64,000 nucleotides of DNA from Eledone cirrhosa. Taxonomy: Eukaryota. Position numbers and translations under genes: made by a program. The notes below the pieces were generated by a model. That model did no database searches and was not told where the DNA came from. It saw only the letters and a list, made by a program, of their open reading frames with translations. Shown piece by piece: positions 38,478-51,460 of this stretch. Numbering within the stretch: position 1 is the first letter of the stretch; each line of letters begins with the position of its first letter. The DNA is taken from assembly GCA_964016885.1 (NCBI GenBank), contig OZ024751.1:3286001-3350000 (forward strand), read 5' to 3'.

Positions 38478-41400
38478 CCGTTTTACGTCCGTTCTTCCAC
38501 GCTAGCATGGGTTAGACGGGTTGTCCTGTTGTGGGCAGTGTCTGGTCGGCTGACCATGCCTTGCTCATACAGGAACTGATTTGGCTTGATTTCTACAGCT
38601 GGATGCCCTTCCTAACACCAACCTCATTTACAGTGTGGGCTGGGTGCTTTTTTGCCGTGGCACCTCCACGACCACCTTGCGGTGGGGGGTGTGGGGGCAT
38701 ATTGTCTATATGCTTCAGCTTGTACCCATGGGAGGTCGGGTACTCTGTATTACTGCGTGACGCCAGAGGTGACGGTCGTGTGTCATTGCCTTTGAGAGGT
38801 GTAATTGGGTAAGGTCGGCTTTTATCACCTCATCCCAGTTCATGTTGGGTCTCCCCACTCCGCGGTTTCCATCGACTTCTAGTGCTCTGCACCTTTTTAT
38901 GCAGCTGTCATCCTTCATACGCATCACATGTCCATACCAGCGCAACCGCCTCTCCTGCAGACAGCATTTGATTCCTCTTATGCTCAGTCTCTATCTCAAT
39001 TCATTTATGCTTTGTCGTTCACGTATATTACTGTTACACATCCATCGGAGCATGCAGGCTTCGTTTCTCTCTAATCTACGTAAGTCTTCCACCTTCAGCG
39101 CCCAGGTCTCACTACCATGCAACATTGCTGTTCGGATACACGCATCATACAGTCTGCCTTTCATTCTGAGGGAGAAGCCTTTTGCAACTAGCAGTGGTAG
39201 TAGTTCCCTAAACTTCTTCCATCCAGTTCTTACCCTAGTTATTGTACTTTCTGAACACCCACCTCCGCTGCTAATTCGGTCACCTAGGTAGCAGAAGCTG
39301 TCTACTGTTTCTACAGAGCCCTCCCAGAGATTGGTGGTACTTGTTTCCTGTGGCTGTTTGCTGCTTGCTGTCTCAGCACAGCTGCTGCATGTGAATCCTA
39401 CATTCTTAATTAAGCTTCCTGAGATCCCGCTACATCTCTTGTGTACCCATTGTTTGCATTTGGGGCAGAGAATTGAGTTCCTATCTACACCTTTCCTACA
39501 TACTGAGCAACGCCATTTCCCTGAGGGGATCTGGGTTCTGTTTTCTCGTCTACTTACAAGAACCTTAGTCTTTGTCATGTTGACTTTGAGACCCTTTCTT
39601 TCTAGTCCCTGCTTCCAAGTTTGGAATTTCTTCTCTAGTTCTACCATAGATTCAGCTATAAGTGCGAGGTCATCAGCATACAGGAGTTCCCATGGGCATC
39701 CGGTCTTAAACTCCTCCGTTATTGCCTGCAGGACTATGATGAACAGGAGGGGGCTAAGAACAGAGCCCTGGTGGACCTCAACCTGTACGCTAAATTCCTC
39801 GCTATACTCATTGCTAATCCTAACTTTGCTGACTGCTTTCACAAGCCATTCATCTACTCCTAGTTTTCTAAGAGCCCACCAGATTACAGCACGTGGAACT
39901 CTGCCAAAGGCTTTCTCAAGGTCGACAAATGCCAAGTAGAGTGGCTTACTTTTACCTAGGTACTTTTCCTGTAACTGCTTCACAAGGAAGAGGGCATCAG
40001 TGGTGCCTCTTCCTGGTACAAACCCAAATTGCATCTCGTCTATTTTCACCCGGTCCCTAATCAACTGTGCTATAACTCTTTCTGTTAATTTCATGACCTG
40101 GTCCATCAACTTCATACCTCTATAGTTTCCTCTATCTAGTGCATCACCTTTACCTTTGTAGCAGTTGACAATGATGCTACTGCACCAATCTTTTGGTATG
40201 ACACCTTCTAGTATTACCTGGTTAACAATACGTGTGGTTATCCTTCTGTAGCCTTTTTAAGGTATCCTCTTTTCAACCAGTTCCATGTCTATGGATCTCT
40301 AAATTCAGTTTTCTCAGAGGTACTATGAAGGGATTTTTCTTGAAGGTTGCTTTTTCTCCTTGTTGTTATTTCCTCCTTGGACATCCCCTGGTCTATTGTC
40401 CGCTCCTTCAGTACAATTCTGAGCATTGGCCCCCTACTATCAGTCACGTATTTGTGTAGGTTGTTTTTCTCCATCTGAACACAGTCCTCTATGTTGATAA
40501 GACCTCTTCCGCCTTCAGATCTCCTTAAGTAGAGTCTATCGACATCACTCCTCTTGTGGACTATGTTGTAGATAGTCAATAGCTTCCTAGTCTTCCTATC
40601 CATTTCTTTTTGTTCAGAAACATTCCATCTCAGAATTTCCGCACTGTACCTAATAATAGACACAGCTCGGGAATTTACTGCACTTATGGCATTCCTACTG
40701 TTCAGATGTGACTTTAATACGCTCCTTACTCTCCGAATGTATTCAGATCTTATCAATTCCTTCATTTTTTTGTTCTTGATGTTATCAGCCTCCAGAACAC
40801 CTAAATATTTGTATCCTTCTTCAGTATCAATTTCCTTTATCATCTCACCTGTTGATACCTGGATTCCGTTTCTTCTGCTCAATTTACCCCTCTTCATCAC
40901 AAGGAATTGACACATACTAATACCAAATTGCATACATATATCATTGCTGAAAATACGGACAGTGTCAACAAGCACATCCAACTCCTTCTCACTCTTCCTG
41001 AAGAACTTAAGATCGTCCATGCAGAGGAAGTGATTGATGGTAAGCTCTCCCTTTCCCAACTTGTATCCTGCTCTCATTTTTCACTGTATAATGGTCAGGG
41101 GCATCAGGGCAAGGACAAACAACAGAGGGGACAAACTATCTCCCTGGAAGATACCTCTCTTGATCTTCACGCCTCCCAAGGATTCTTCACCCGATGTTAA
41201 CTCTATTTTCCAGGACTTCATACTTTTGCTCAACAACTGTCTGATGTTATCAGCCACCTTGAAGATCTCTAGGCTTTTGGTTATCCAAGAATGAGGTACC
41301 ATGTCGAATGCCTTTTTGTAGTCTATCCATCTCATGGCAAGACCAGTGTGTCTCCTCCTGCAATTCCTCATTTCCATCTTATCAATAAGTAACTGGTCCT

Positions 41401-43110
41401 TTGTACCACGGGACTTCTTTCGGCATCCTTTCTGTTCGTCCGGTAACAAGTTGTTTATGTGGAGGTGATGGTAGATTTCCTCAGACACAATGCTTGTTAA
41501 CAGTTTCTACATTACGGACAGACATGTGATAGGTCTATAGTTGGTAACATCATTACCCTTGATTCGGTCTTTCATTACCAGAACTGTGGTACCTTTTGTC
41601 AACCACTCTGGTACCTCACCTGACATCAAGCAGTCATTGAACATGGGTGTCAGTTTTGGGTGGAGGGATGTTATATGTTTAATCCAATACCCCTGCACAC
41701 CATCTGGGCCTGGTGATTTCCAGTTGGTTAGTTTTCTGGCCTGCCCCTTAAGAGTTTCAACTGTGATACTCAAATCAGTTTGTTGGTGTGCCTGTTCACT
41801 AATCTCCTTTTGTACTGTCTCAATCCACACTGCCTCATCATTATATTTAACATCCTGCTCCCATATTCCTCTCCAGATTTTCTTACTTTGTTCCGCCTCA
41901 GGGATCAAGTCGTTGCCTCTTTCTTTCCCTTCAAGCTGTCCAAACATCTTCTGGTTGTTGTCAAACATGCGGTTCTCTCTATACTGACTGATTCTGCTCT
42001 CGTATCGCCTAATATTTGCACTCTTTGCTACAATGCGTTGCTTCAGTTCCTCTATGATAATATTTAGCTTTTTCCTCCTAGTTTTGTATTTTATTTCCAG
42101 TCTATTTTTAGTGCCTATGTTTTGTAGTGTCCCATTCAGTAGGGACTCAAGCTTTCCAATGTCATTTCTCATTTCCCTGATTTGACCATTCAGTCGTTTC
42201 TTCCACCAAGGTTCTGATCTTTCTTGTTTGTTGTTTCCTCTCGCTTTTAAGCCAAGTAATTTCCTCACCGCATTTGCTGTTGCTTTGAGGATATTGTTGC
42301 ACTGGTGATGGTTCCACGCCTCAAGGTATGGGATGACTTTGTTTACCTTAGCTGTTGTTTCTTTTAACTTTTTCCTGTCTACAAATCTTAGGTTCATAGG
42401 TTTCCCACTATCATTGTTCATTTCATCTACCACTAAATTTAGGATATCAACCAAATCTTGTCCTAGCCCGTCAGCATTCATCTCCTCAATGGCCGTATCT
42501 CTGTTCGATGTATTATTTATTTCAGCATTCGGATCATTGTCTGCTTCGGATGCTTCCTCCGTTCTCTCAACCTCTTCACCTTCATTTCCCACTGGCTCGT
42601 TTGCATGACATACTCCACTCTCCATTTCCAACCTAATCTCCAGTTCCAGCTCGCTTATCCACCCATTAGTTCTTATTACCCGAGCTTGCCCGGCCAATTT
42701 TTGTTCATCTAATTTAAATAGACCAATCTCGTTCCAGATATTATGCATCCGTTTCCTATAGCCTTTTTCCTTGGGGTTACTCTTCAGGTAACATTGCATA
42801 ACAGTTCTATTCAATTCTTTCGTCTAGTTGGTTCTTGTCCCTTTCCTTCTTCTTCTTCCTCCAACACCAGCAGTATTTGGATGACAGCCAGGTCCCTGCT
42901 GCTGGGCCAGGGAGCACCTGCTGGGTGAGAGTCTGTCACATGACATTCGAGTCTCCACTTCACCGTTATTCGAACTGTTTAGGGTCGACATTTAAATACT
43001 CATATCGAGGATTGGTGAATGTATGGTTACATAACCACCGGTTATTTCATCACCCCCAGTGATTTGATCACCCACGGTGATTTTAGCGTGGCACTATCAC
43101 GCTGTAGACG
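37624..43110 (-). mobile_element. Near-full-length decayed R4/Dong-type LINE (RT, CCHC and REL endonuclease), split by an RTE insertion; (TAA)n tail
   Basis: ORFs 41507-42814 (WKSPGPDGVQGYWIK, NYRPITCL), 41081-41488 ([21 protein letters not shown]), 40289-41077 (CMDDLK), 38174-38434 (CRICG..ETVAHIVSEC) and 37795-38058 (DVACPFD..EK..RY.DL). Confidence 0.93.
38445..40241 (-). mobile_element. 5'-truncated RTE-clade LINE with a (GAT)n tail, nested in the Dong element
   Basis: ORF 38991-40115 has QFGFVPGRGTTDA, FVDLEKAF, QGSVLSP, LLYADD and HGSETW; the next ORF has RWYGHVMR; (TCA)n at 38445-38477. Confidence 0.94.
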
Positions 43111-43332
43111 AACATAAATAAACGAACAAATAAATAGGTAAAAACTTTAAAAAATAAGCATAAGTTTCATTGTAATGTGATGTCTGAATGTCTGACTTAG
43201 TTTGTTTGTTTGTTTGTTTGTTTGTTTTTCTTTTCTTTACGTTTTTCGTTGCTGCTGTGCTGTTTTGAATTTATTATTCGTTCAAAACTTTTGAAATGTG
43301 TTTCGACTTGTTGCTTATCATTATTATTATTA

Positions 43333-45425
43333 TCAGATTTTGGCCATGGTGCTAGCAAAGAGGTTGGCGTTTGTCGTTGGTGGTCTGGTGGGAGAGGCGC
43401 AGACACGCGCCATTCCCGACAGATCTATCCACGACAACCTCCACCTCATGCGATACATCGTAGAGAGGGTAGCTAGGGAACCTGGCACGGGTGGGTCCTT
43501 GATCAATTTAGATCAGTCGAAAGCTTTCGATAGGGTCGACCATCGTTACCTAGCGGCAGTCCTGAGGGCGGCTGGCTTTGGGCCCGTCTTCAGAGGCTGG
43601 ATCGCTGGCATGCACAGCGACATCTGCTCTGTGGTGAGAGTGAACGGTCACCTTTCGGAACCGTTCAACATCATGCGCCCGGTCCGCCAATGATGTCCCC
43701 TCTCGTCCCTCTTGTACGTATTGACTCTCGAGCCATTACTGCACAAACTGAAGACGTTGAGGGGTGTCCCGCGCGAACTAGGATGCGGAAGATCCGTGCC
43801 AGTATATGCGGACGATGTCACCGTAGTGGTGTCGAACGCCAAACACATCGAGGCGATCGGCACCACACTAAGAGAATACGAAGCGGTGACAGGAGCAATG
43901 ATCAACCAGGAAAAGTCAGTGGGCCTGCAGCTCGGCACCTGGAGAGGCAAGTCCATGCCGTCCAACAGCGGCGTCGGGCGCTGGACGGACGGACCGATTA
44001 AATTGCTAGGAGTCTGGTTCGGTCCGGACCTCCAGACGGACAAAAACTGGGACGAGGTGACGAGCAGGGTGGCTTCTCTCACCCAGAAATGGGCGGAGAA
44101 GAAGCTATCCCTGAAAGGTCGAGCGGAGGTGGCTAACGCGTACATCGCATCCGTCATCTGCTACCGCTTGACCGTCGTACTTTGTCCTAAGCCCCGCCTG
44201 ACTGCGCTGGAGCGTTTGCTCTTTCGCTTTTTGTGGAAGGGACGCGCTCCGATGGTTAGGCGGTCCATCTGCTGTCAAAACCCGCTACGTGGAGGGCTGG
44301 GCATGCCGTGGCTGATGATGCGCAGACACGCGCTCAGGCTACGACATATCCACCTCTACCTCGACGGTGATCAGGTGTGGTCGCCGTTTGCTAGACGCGT
44401 CTTTCCCCAGCTCGTTTCCTTGACGGAACTGCAGTCCTGGGTCAAGCGAAGACCGAGAGGGAGCGCTTGGAGACTGGAATGTCTTCAGGCGGTCACAGCC
44501 CTCGACCAATCGTGCAATGTGATCGGTGGAAACTCCACCTCGGCATTTTATAGAGGATTAGTGGAGGGGAAGAGCGACGACGTACTTCTAGAAACTCTAG
44601 GCCTCGACGAAAATCATCTAGCCAATCTCTTCGGAAGAACTTTCGGGCCGGAGCCTATGGACAACTTCCAGAAATCCCTGGCCTGGCAGTGCTACCGAGG
44701 AGCCTTGCCAGTTCGGGATAAACTCTACAGGCATGGAGGTGCCGTCAGCCGGGCATGTCCGAGATGCGCGCAGGGCGACGAAACCGTCCTGCACGCACTC
44801 GTCCAGTGTCCGAGAATTGCTGACTTGTGGGTTTATGTCGAACACCTGCTGTCGCGTGTATGACGGATCCGGCTATCAATTGAGTCCATCGTGAGGATTG
44901 CCTCGCCCTCTTCCTTTAGCCGGGAAGGGCAGGCAGTTTTTATCTGTCTGGTGGCCATGGCGAAAGAGATAGTATGGTGGACACGTTTGTGAAGGGCTGA
45001 AGACGAGCACTTACTTCTTCGGTGATGCCCTGATTAACGTTTTCAAATTTCATTTGAAAAGGAAAATCAGGGTAGAGAGGGAAGTGCTCTCTTCCCAGCA
45101 TTTTGTTGAAAGATGTGTGAGAGAAGCAAGAATGGCCCGAGTGAATGGGCCTACTCTGAGTATGTGTCTGTAAATTAAAGGTGGAAAATTGGGAGAGGGC
45201 ACTTGCCCTGGCGGTCAGGGTCACTGTGGCTTTTAATGGGCTTTCTCCTCAAATCTCCCTCCGAAGACTCCCCCCTATTGGGGAATTTTTCATTGTTATG
45301 TTTTATTACATCCTCTGTTTTTTTGTTTTTTTACACGCAGAAATGCCCATTTGTACCGTCTTGTATTGTCCTGTACTGTCCTTAATGTCTACTTTATGTA
45401 AACCCTTGTGGTTAATAAAGAAAGC
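43333..45425 (+). mobile_element. 5'-truncated Tx1/L1-clade LINE (RT and C-terminal CCHC), inserted in (TTA)n
   Basis: LDQSKAFDRVDH, VRQ*CPLS, YADD, GGLGMP and CPRC..ETVLHALVQC; ends aataaagaaagc; TTA repeats on both sides. Confidence 0.92.
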
Positions 45426-45454
45426 ATTATTATTATTATTAGTAGTAGTAGTAG

Positions 45455-46275
45455 TATAAGGATGGTTTCCAGGTTCTTTGCGATACCTGCAAACGAGATT
45501 GGTTTTTCTTTCTTGTTGTTGTTGTCGTCAGAGCTGCTGTTACTCTTGTTGTTGCTGCTGGTACTACGACCGCCGTCGCCGCCGCCGCTTTTGCTGTTGT
45601 TGCTGTTGTTGTTGCCGTTGCTGCTGTTGTTGTTGTTATTGTTGTTGATGTTGCTGCTGCAGCTGTTGTTGTTGCTGTTGCTGCTGCTGCTGTTGTTCTT
45701 TATGCTGCTGCTGATGTTGTTGCGGCTGCTACTAGTATTTTCCTCGCCACTGTTGCTGCTGCTGTTATTACGGCTGCTGCTGCTATTCTTCATGACATTC
45801 AGACGAATGAAATGGCTTTCCGTATTTACCGCACACATCTTTCGTGGTTGTCGTCGTGGAGAAATGTTCCACGGTACGCGCGTTCTCTTGATGAAGAAAC
45901 TACATTTTTCTTTTTCTTTAATGGCGTCGCTTGCGAAAGGGGCGTCAGAGGCGACACCACATTTAGAGAAGAGAAGGAGAGAGAAAATCTGTTCTCTGAC
46001 GTAATGATGATTGGGGAAGAAGAAGAAGACGGAAGGAGTGGGAGTGACTTGTGAAAATTATTTTTTGTAGGTTTAAAATGAATATTGGGCACAAATTCTC
46101 AATAACTGGTTATTTAACCCCGAAGGGCCAAATAACTGGCAGAAAGACCCCTCTCACGAGGAGGAGGGTGCCTTTATCTACAATTTGGTTCAAGTTTTAA
46201 ACAATTTATAATTGTTATAACGGTTAAAAATTACAATACCTTACAGAGCCGAGCCTCTGTCAACCATGGCATTCA
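45455..46275 (-). mobile_element. Isolated 5' UTR and ORF1 start of a Tx1-like LINE
   Basis: Reverse-complement homologue of 49410-50103, including the (CAA/CAG)n tract and PISFAGIAK. Confidence 0.85.
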
Positions 46276-46289
46276 ATAATAATAATAAT

Positions 46290-46640
46290 AATGATTTCTT
46301 ATATAGGAACAAGGCCAGTAATTTGGGGGGAGGGGAAAGTCGATTAAATCGACCCCAGTGCGTGACTGGTACTTTATTTTATCGACCCCGTAAGGATGAA
46401 AGGCAAAGTTAACCTCGGCGGGATTTGAAATCAGAATGGTAAGGACCGTAACTCGATGCGTCAAAGCATGGCGTCCGACCCTCTACCTATACTGCCAATT
46501 CACCATTTTATCGACCCCGTAAGGATGAAAGGCAAAGTTAACCTCGGTGGGATTTGAACTCAGACCATAAAGGGCCGTAACTCTTTCCTTGCAAAGCATA
46601 GCGTCAGACCCTCTACCGATACTGCCAATCCACCTGCGTT
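46290..46640 (-). mobile_element. Two tRNA-derived SINEs
   Basis: SINE core at 46365-46435 and 46505-46565. Confidence 0.88.
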
Positions 46641-46680
46641 TTGAATATAGTATAATAATTGAAAATAGTATAATAATCAT

Positions 46681-47725
46681 TAATATAAGTATGTATACGT
46701 ACATACATATATGTATACAGACGTACAGTAGTATGTATATATATATACATACATGCACACATATATATGCTCGGTGTGTTTGTAAACAAACATCCTGAAT
46801 TAAGCCGTACAGTGTCTAGCAACCATCGTTGCTCATTTGTTCAACACTGACAAAGGAACGCTGTACTAGTTTCAAGCTTATTAGCTATCGTCAGCAACGT
46901 ATACCTTCCTGCCAGATGATTGAACGTCTGAAAGTATATACTTTCCTTATGCATATTAACGGCTGAGCAGCCTAATTTGCATATCGAGTGAGTTAATCGG
47001 CCGGGCGCGCCGAAAACGATAAACGGAAAAAATGAAACGAAATTTCATTTCTCACGATGGTTGCTAGACACTGTACGGCTTAATTCGGGATGTTTGTTTA
47101 CAAACACACCGAGCATTATAATAAATGTTCAGTGAATCCATACGTTCATATATATATATGTGTGCATTTATGTATATATATATATACATAATACTGTACG
47201 TCTGTATACGTATATGTATGTACGTATACATACTTATATTTAAGTAACAGCCGTACTAAGAGTGAGAAATGAAATATCCTTTTAATTTTTCCGTTTATCG
47301 TTTTCGGCGCGCCCGGCCGATTAACTCACTCGATATACAAATTAGGCTGCTAAGCCGTTAATATGCATAAAGAAAGTATATACTTTCAGACGTTCAATCA
47401 TCTGGCAGGAAGGTATACGTTGCTGACGATAGCTAATAAGCTTGAAACTAGTACAGCGTTCCTTTGTCAGTGTTGAACAAATGAGCAACGATGGTTGCTA
47501 GACACTGTACGGCTTAATTCGGGATGTTTGTTTACAAACACACCGAGCATTATAATAAATGTTCGGTGAATCCATACGTACATATATATATGTGTGCTTG
47601 TATGTATATATATATACATACTACTGTACGTCTGTATACATATATGTAGGTACGTATACATACTTATATTTAAGTAACAGCCGTACTAAGAGTGGGAAAT
47701 GAAAATTCGTTTAATTGTTTCCGTT
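46681..47725. mobile_element. Dispersed family A copy (inverted 46681-47052, then ~1.6 forward units); HHRs at 46859-46899 (-) and 47418-47458 (+)
   Basis: Direct homology to the array unit; both HHR cores are intact. Confidence 0.92.
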
Positions 47726-48795
47726 AATCATTAATATGTTAACACCATAACATGCTAACCATCCACACACACACAGACACACACACACACATAACGCCCT
47801 CTTCTATATTTGAAAATAAGACCAGAGCTAAATATACTTTAACATACGTTAATATTTTAACACCTTAACATGCTAACAATACCCCCCCCCCCCACATACA
47901 CACAACACCATTCTCCATTTCTACTAATGGAATCATTTTCCTACACACACATCCGCACACAAATGAAAATATATATCTTTATTGTATACCCTTATCTATA
48001 CAAACATTCAATTTATTTCAATAGAAAGTCTAAATTTTGACACATCAGCCATACTCACTAAACAAGAACAATTTCTCCTCATCCTTTTTCTTGACCATTA
48101 TCTTTTGTTTGGCACAAAACTCTCTATGACAAATCATGTGACTGTGAAAACGGCTATAAAAAAAACCCAAATACGAACTGGCGCGAAATTTAATGTACTT
48201 ATTCACGTGACAGTCATAACCAACCAAATTGCATTTATAAAAAAGAAAAAACAATTTGAGCCACTTTTTTAAGTGAAAATGGTAATACCGAACCCTTAAA
48301 CGGGAACTGGCGCGAAATGTATTATACTTATTCACGTGATAGTCATCAAACAACCAAATTATTTTTTTTTAAAACTAGCAATGCGAGCCACTTTTTTTTC
48401 CACATAAAACAGAAGTAACATTCGAACACCAACCAGATGTGAGAAAAACCAGAAACCCTTCATCTCAATTCTACTTTTGAAAAGCATAAGAACTGTGAAA
48501 CCGGTAAAGGAAACAAATAAATATTCTTAAAAAGTCACCAGCTGAATTTTCGATTTCTTTTCCTTATATATATATATTTATAACATGTAGAAAAACATTT
48601 GTTATTAGGTTAAATGGTTAAAACTCCTGCATACTGATTCTTGAGAACATTGGTTTGGGTCGCGACCCAAATCAATGTGGTCGAGAATCTGAGCGCAGGA
48701 GTTTATTTTCATCGGCAAGGTTGAACAACCTGGTCCTCAGGACTAACAAAACGTACGTACCTTGTATGGCGCCATTGTAGTAACTGACCTTAATA

Positions 48796-48854
<59 letters not shown>

Positions 48855-49244
48855 ATGTGTGTGTGTGTATTAGTTCAACAATGATTATTTTTACATAAGC
48901 AGGTATACAATAAAACCAGTTGAGAACACAAAGATTACAGTGCAATGACGATACATGACTATTGTTGTTGTTGTTGTTAATTGTCTAAAATAATTAGATG
49001 AGATTTCAAGCCTTATTAAGGAAATACAGAGGGGGTAATCATGAAAAATTGACCCATTGCTTCTGTTAGACAATAAATAATTCCTGACGGGAATCCAAGT
49101 GGAAGAATTCAATTAATTTTGGCTATTGAATTGGAAGTTGTCACTTCTTGAATGAGAGTTCCAGTACCATTTCAGACTCAGGGTTCTTCTCATTTTATTC
49201 GCATTTTTCTCAAATTACTTCATGGCAGCTATATATTTATTTAC

Positions 49245-49376
49245 GAGGTTAACTTTGCTTTCATCCTTACAGGGTCGATAAAATAAAGTACCAGTAATAA
49301 AATAAAGTACCAGTAATAAAATAAAGTACCAGTAATACACTGGGTAATTGGTGGCCTTGTGCCTAACGTAGAAACA

Positions 49377-49409
<33 letters not shown>
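49245..49409 (+). mobile_element. 5'-truncated SINE with an internal 19-bp triplication and a (TTA)n tail
   Basis: aaaataaagtaccagtaat occurs three times. Confidence 0.8.
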
Positions 49410-49799
49410 GAATGCCATGGTTGACAGAGGCTCGTCTCTGTAAGGTATTGTAATTTTTAACCGTTATAACAATTATAAATTGTTTAAAACTTGAACCAAA
49501 TTGTAGATAAAGACACCCTCCTCCTCGTGAGAGGGGTCTTTCTGCCCGTTATTTGGCCCTTCGGAGTTAAATAACCAGTTATTGGGGTTTTGTGCCCAAT
49601 ATTCATTTTAAACCGTAACAAAACATGGCTGCAAAAAATAATTTTCACAAGTCACTTCCACTCCTTCCGTCTTCTTCTTCCTCAATCGTCATTACGTCAG
49701 AGAAAAGATTGTCTCTCTTCCTCCCTTCTCTAAATGTGGTGTCGCCTCTGACGCCTCTTTTGCAAACGACGCCACTAAAGAAAAAGAAAAACGTTGCAA

Positions 49800-49885
<86 letters not shown>

Positions 49886-51460
49886 GCAGCAACAGCAACA
49901 GCAACAGCAACAACAACAACAACAACAACAACAGGAACAACAGCAACAACAACAACAACAGCAACAACAACAACAGCAGCGGCAGCGGTCGTAGTACCAG
50001 CAGCAACAACAAAAGTAACAGCAGCTCTGACGACAACAACAACAACAAAGAAAAACCAATCTCGTTTGCAGATATCGCAAAGAACCTGGAAACCATCCTT
50101 ATAACAAATGAGGATTTACAGGAAGCAAGGAAGATGGTGACGAAAACCGGACACTGAGCAATCTGCAAGGCACCCGAAGAATTTTTGGAAACCCAACAGC
50201 ACTGTACGGTCACGTACCGTACAGTAAGCACAAAATCACATAGGGTTGAAAGGGCAACAGTGGCTCAAATACAAAAAGCCTTACGGTCTGTGTGGTAGCG
50301 GAAAACGCATACCACGCGCGGCAAGAAATATGCCACCGTGGACGTGCTTTTTTCCACACCCCAGGATGCAAAGGTTCAATCCTTAGTGACCCTAAGGAGC
50401 GACGAAATGGTGTTGGTGCCCTCCTACTGCGGGCAAAACATTGTGAGGGTCAAACTGACCCAAGTCCCCCCACCCCCACCCCCATCAGGATGGCCCCTTC
50501 TTGGCTGGCCGCTTCTGTCCTCGTCGGAATCGAAGGCAAAACATCTGTACTGCAAGTACAGAAAAATGTACGAGAAGATTGGGTCGGCGCCTCCATTGAG
50601 ATGTTAATTCAAACCAACCAGGAGTGCATCGAAGCTATCCCGGATGTAGACTTCGATAACGGCACTCAACTTCCCATAAGTGTTGAGGGCAAACACCCGA
50701 AATGCTTTCGCTGTGGGTCGAAGACTCACCTCAGGGCCTTCTGCAATGAGAAGACCCTGAGAAAGGAGAAAACCCCCTCCTACTGAAACCGGCTCCACTG
50801 CTACCAACAACAGAACAGGCGGCAAGCAGGAAGGATAGGTCCGTGGCACCCATAACCACGCCACGGAAATAAAGAACAGCAGCAGCAGTGGAAGTATTAA
50901 CAACAACAACAGTAATACCAACTACAGCTGCAACAGAGACTCCGCTTTAACCATCAACAACAAGAACAAGTGAAAGAGTGGAGCTGGTACTCCTCCCCGA
51001 CCTCACAGAATCGGACATGGAGTGTGCGGTGGGAGAGGGATGTCAAAAGGTCGCAAGAAGGCACAAACGCAGAAGTAACGCATCGTCGCCTTCGAAAAGG
51101 GAGGGAAGAAATGAAAAAAGGGTGAAGGCTACTGCAAAGAGACTTACAGCAGCAACACCACCAACACCATCACCACCCACACTAGTACTACCATCACCAC
51201 CGGCGGCAACCCCACCGCCAACAACAACAACACCTTCAACAACACCACCACAAACACCAACATCGCAAGCACAACAACAAAACACACACACCCAGCAACA
51301 ACGACAAGAAAATAGCAGAACCACACCCCACCCCCAGGAAAAGAAATGCACAGCAATAAATACATATAACAAGAAACTAATGACTTACATAATTGAACTC
51401 ACAGAAATTTCACAGCACCACTACATAATACCAGCACCAATCAAAACACCAACGAACATA
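49410..51460 (+). mobile_element. 5' half of a Tx1-like LINE (5' UTR and degenerate ORF1 with a CCHC knuckle), 3'-truncated
   Basis: CFRCGSKTHLRAFC in ORF 50292-50786; ORF1 organisation parallels that of the element at 54100-55870. Confidence 0.8.

Noticed and set aside
48175-48395. ~129-bp-period duplication (aactggcgcgaaat...ttattcacgtga)
   Set aside because: Two diverged copies only, with no coding or structural signal
49625-50231. PolyQ/polyT/polyL/polyC ORFs (also 45389-46004)
   Set aside because: CAA/CAG microsatellite inside the Tx1 5' region, not a host gene
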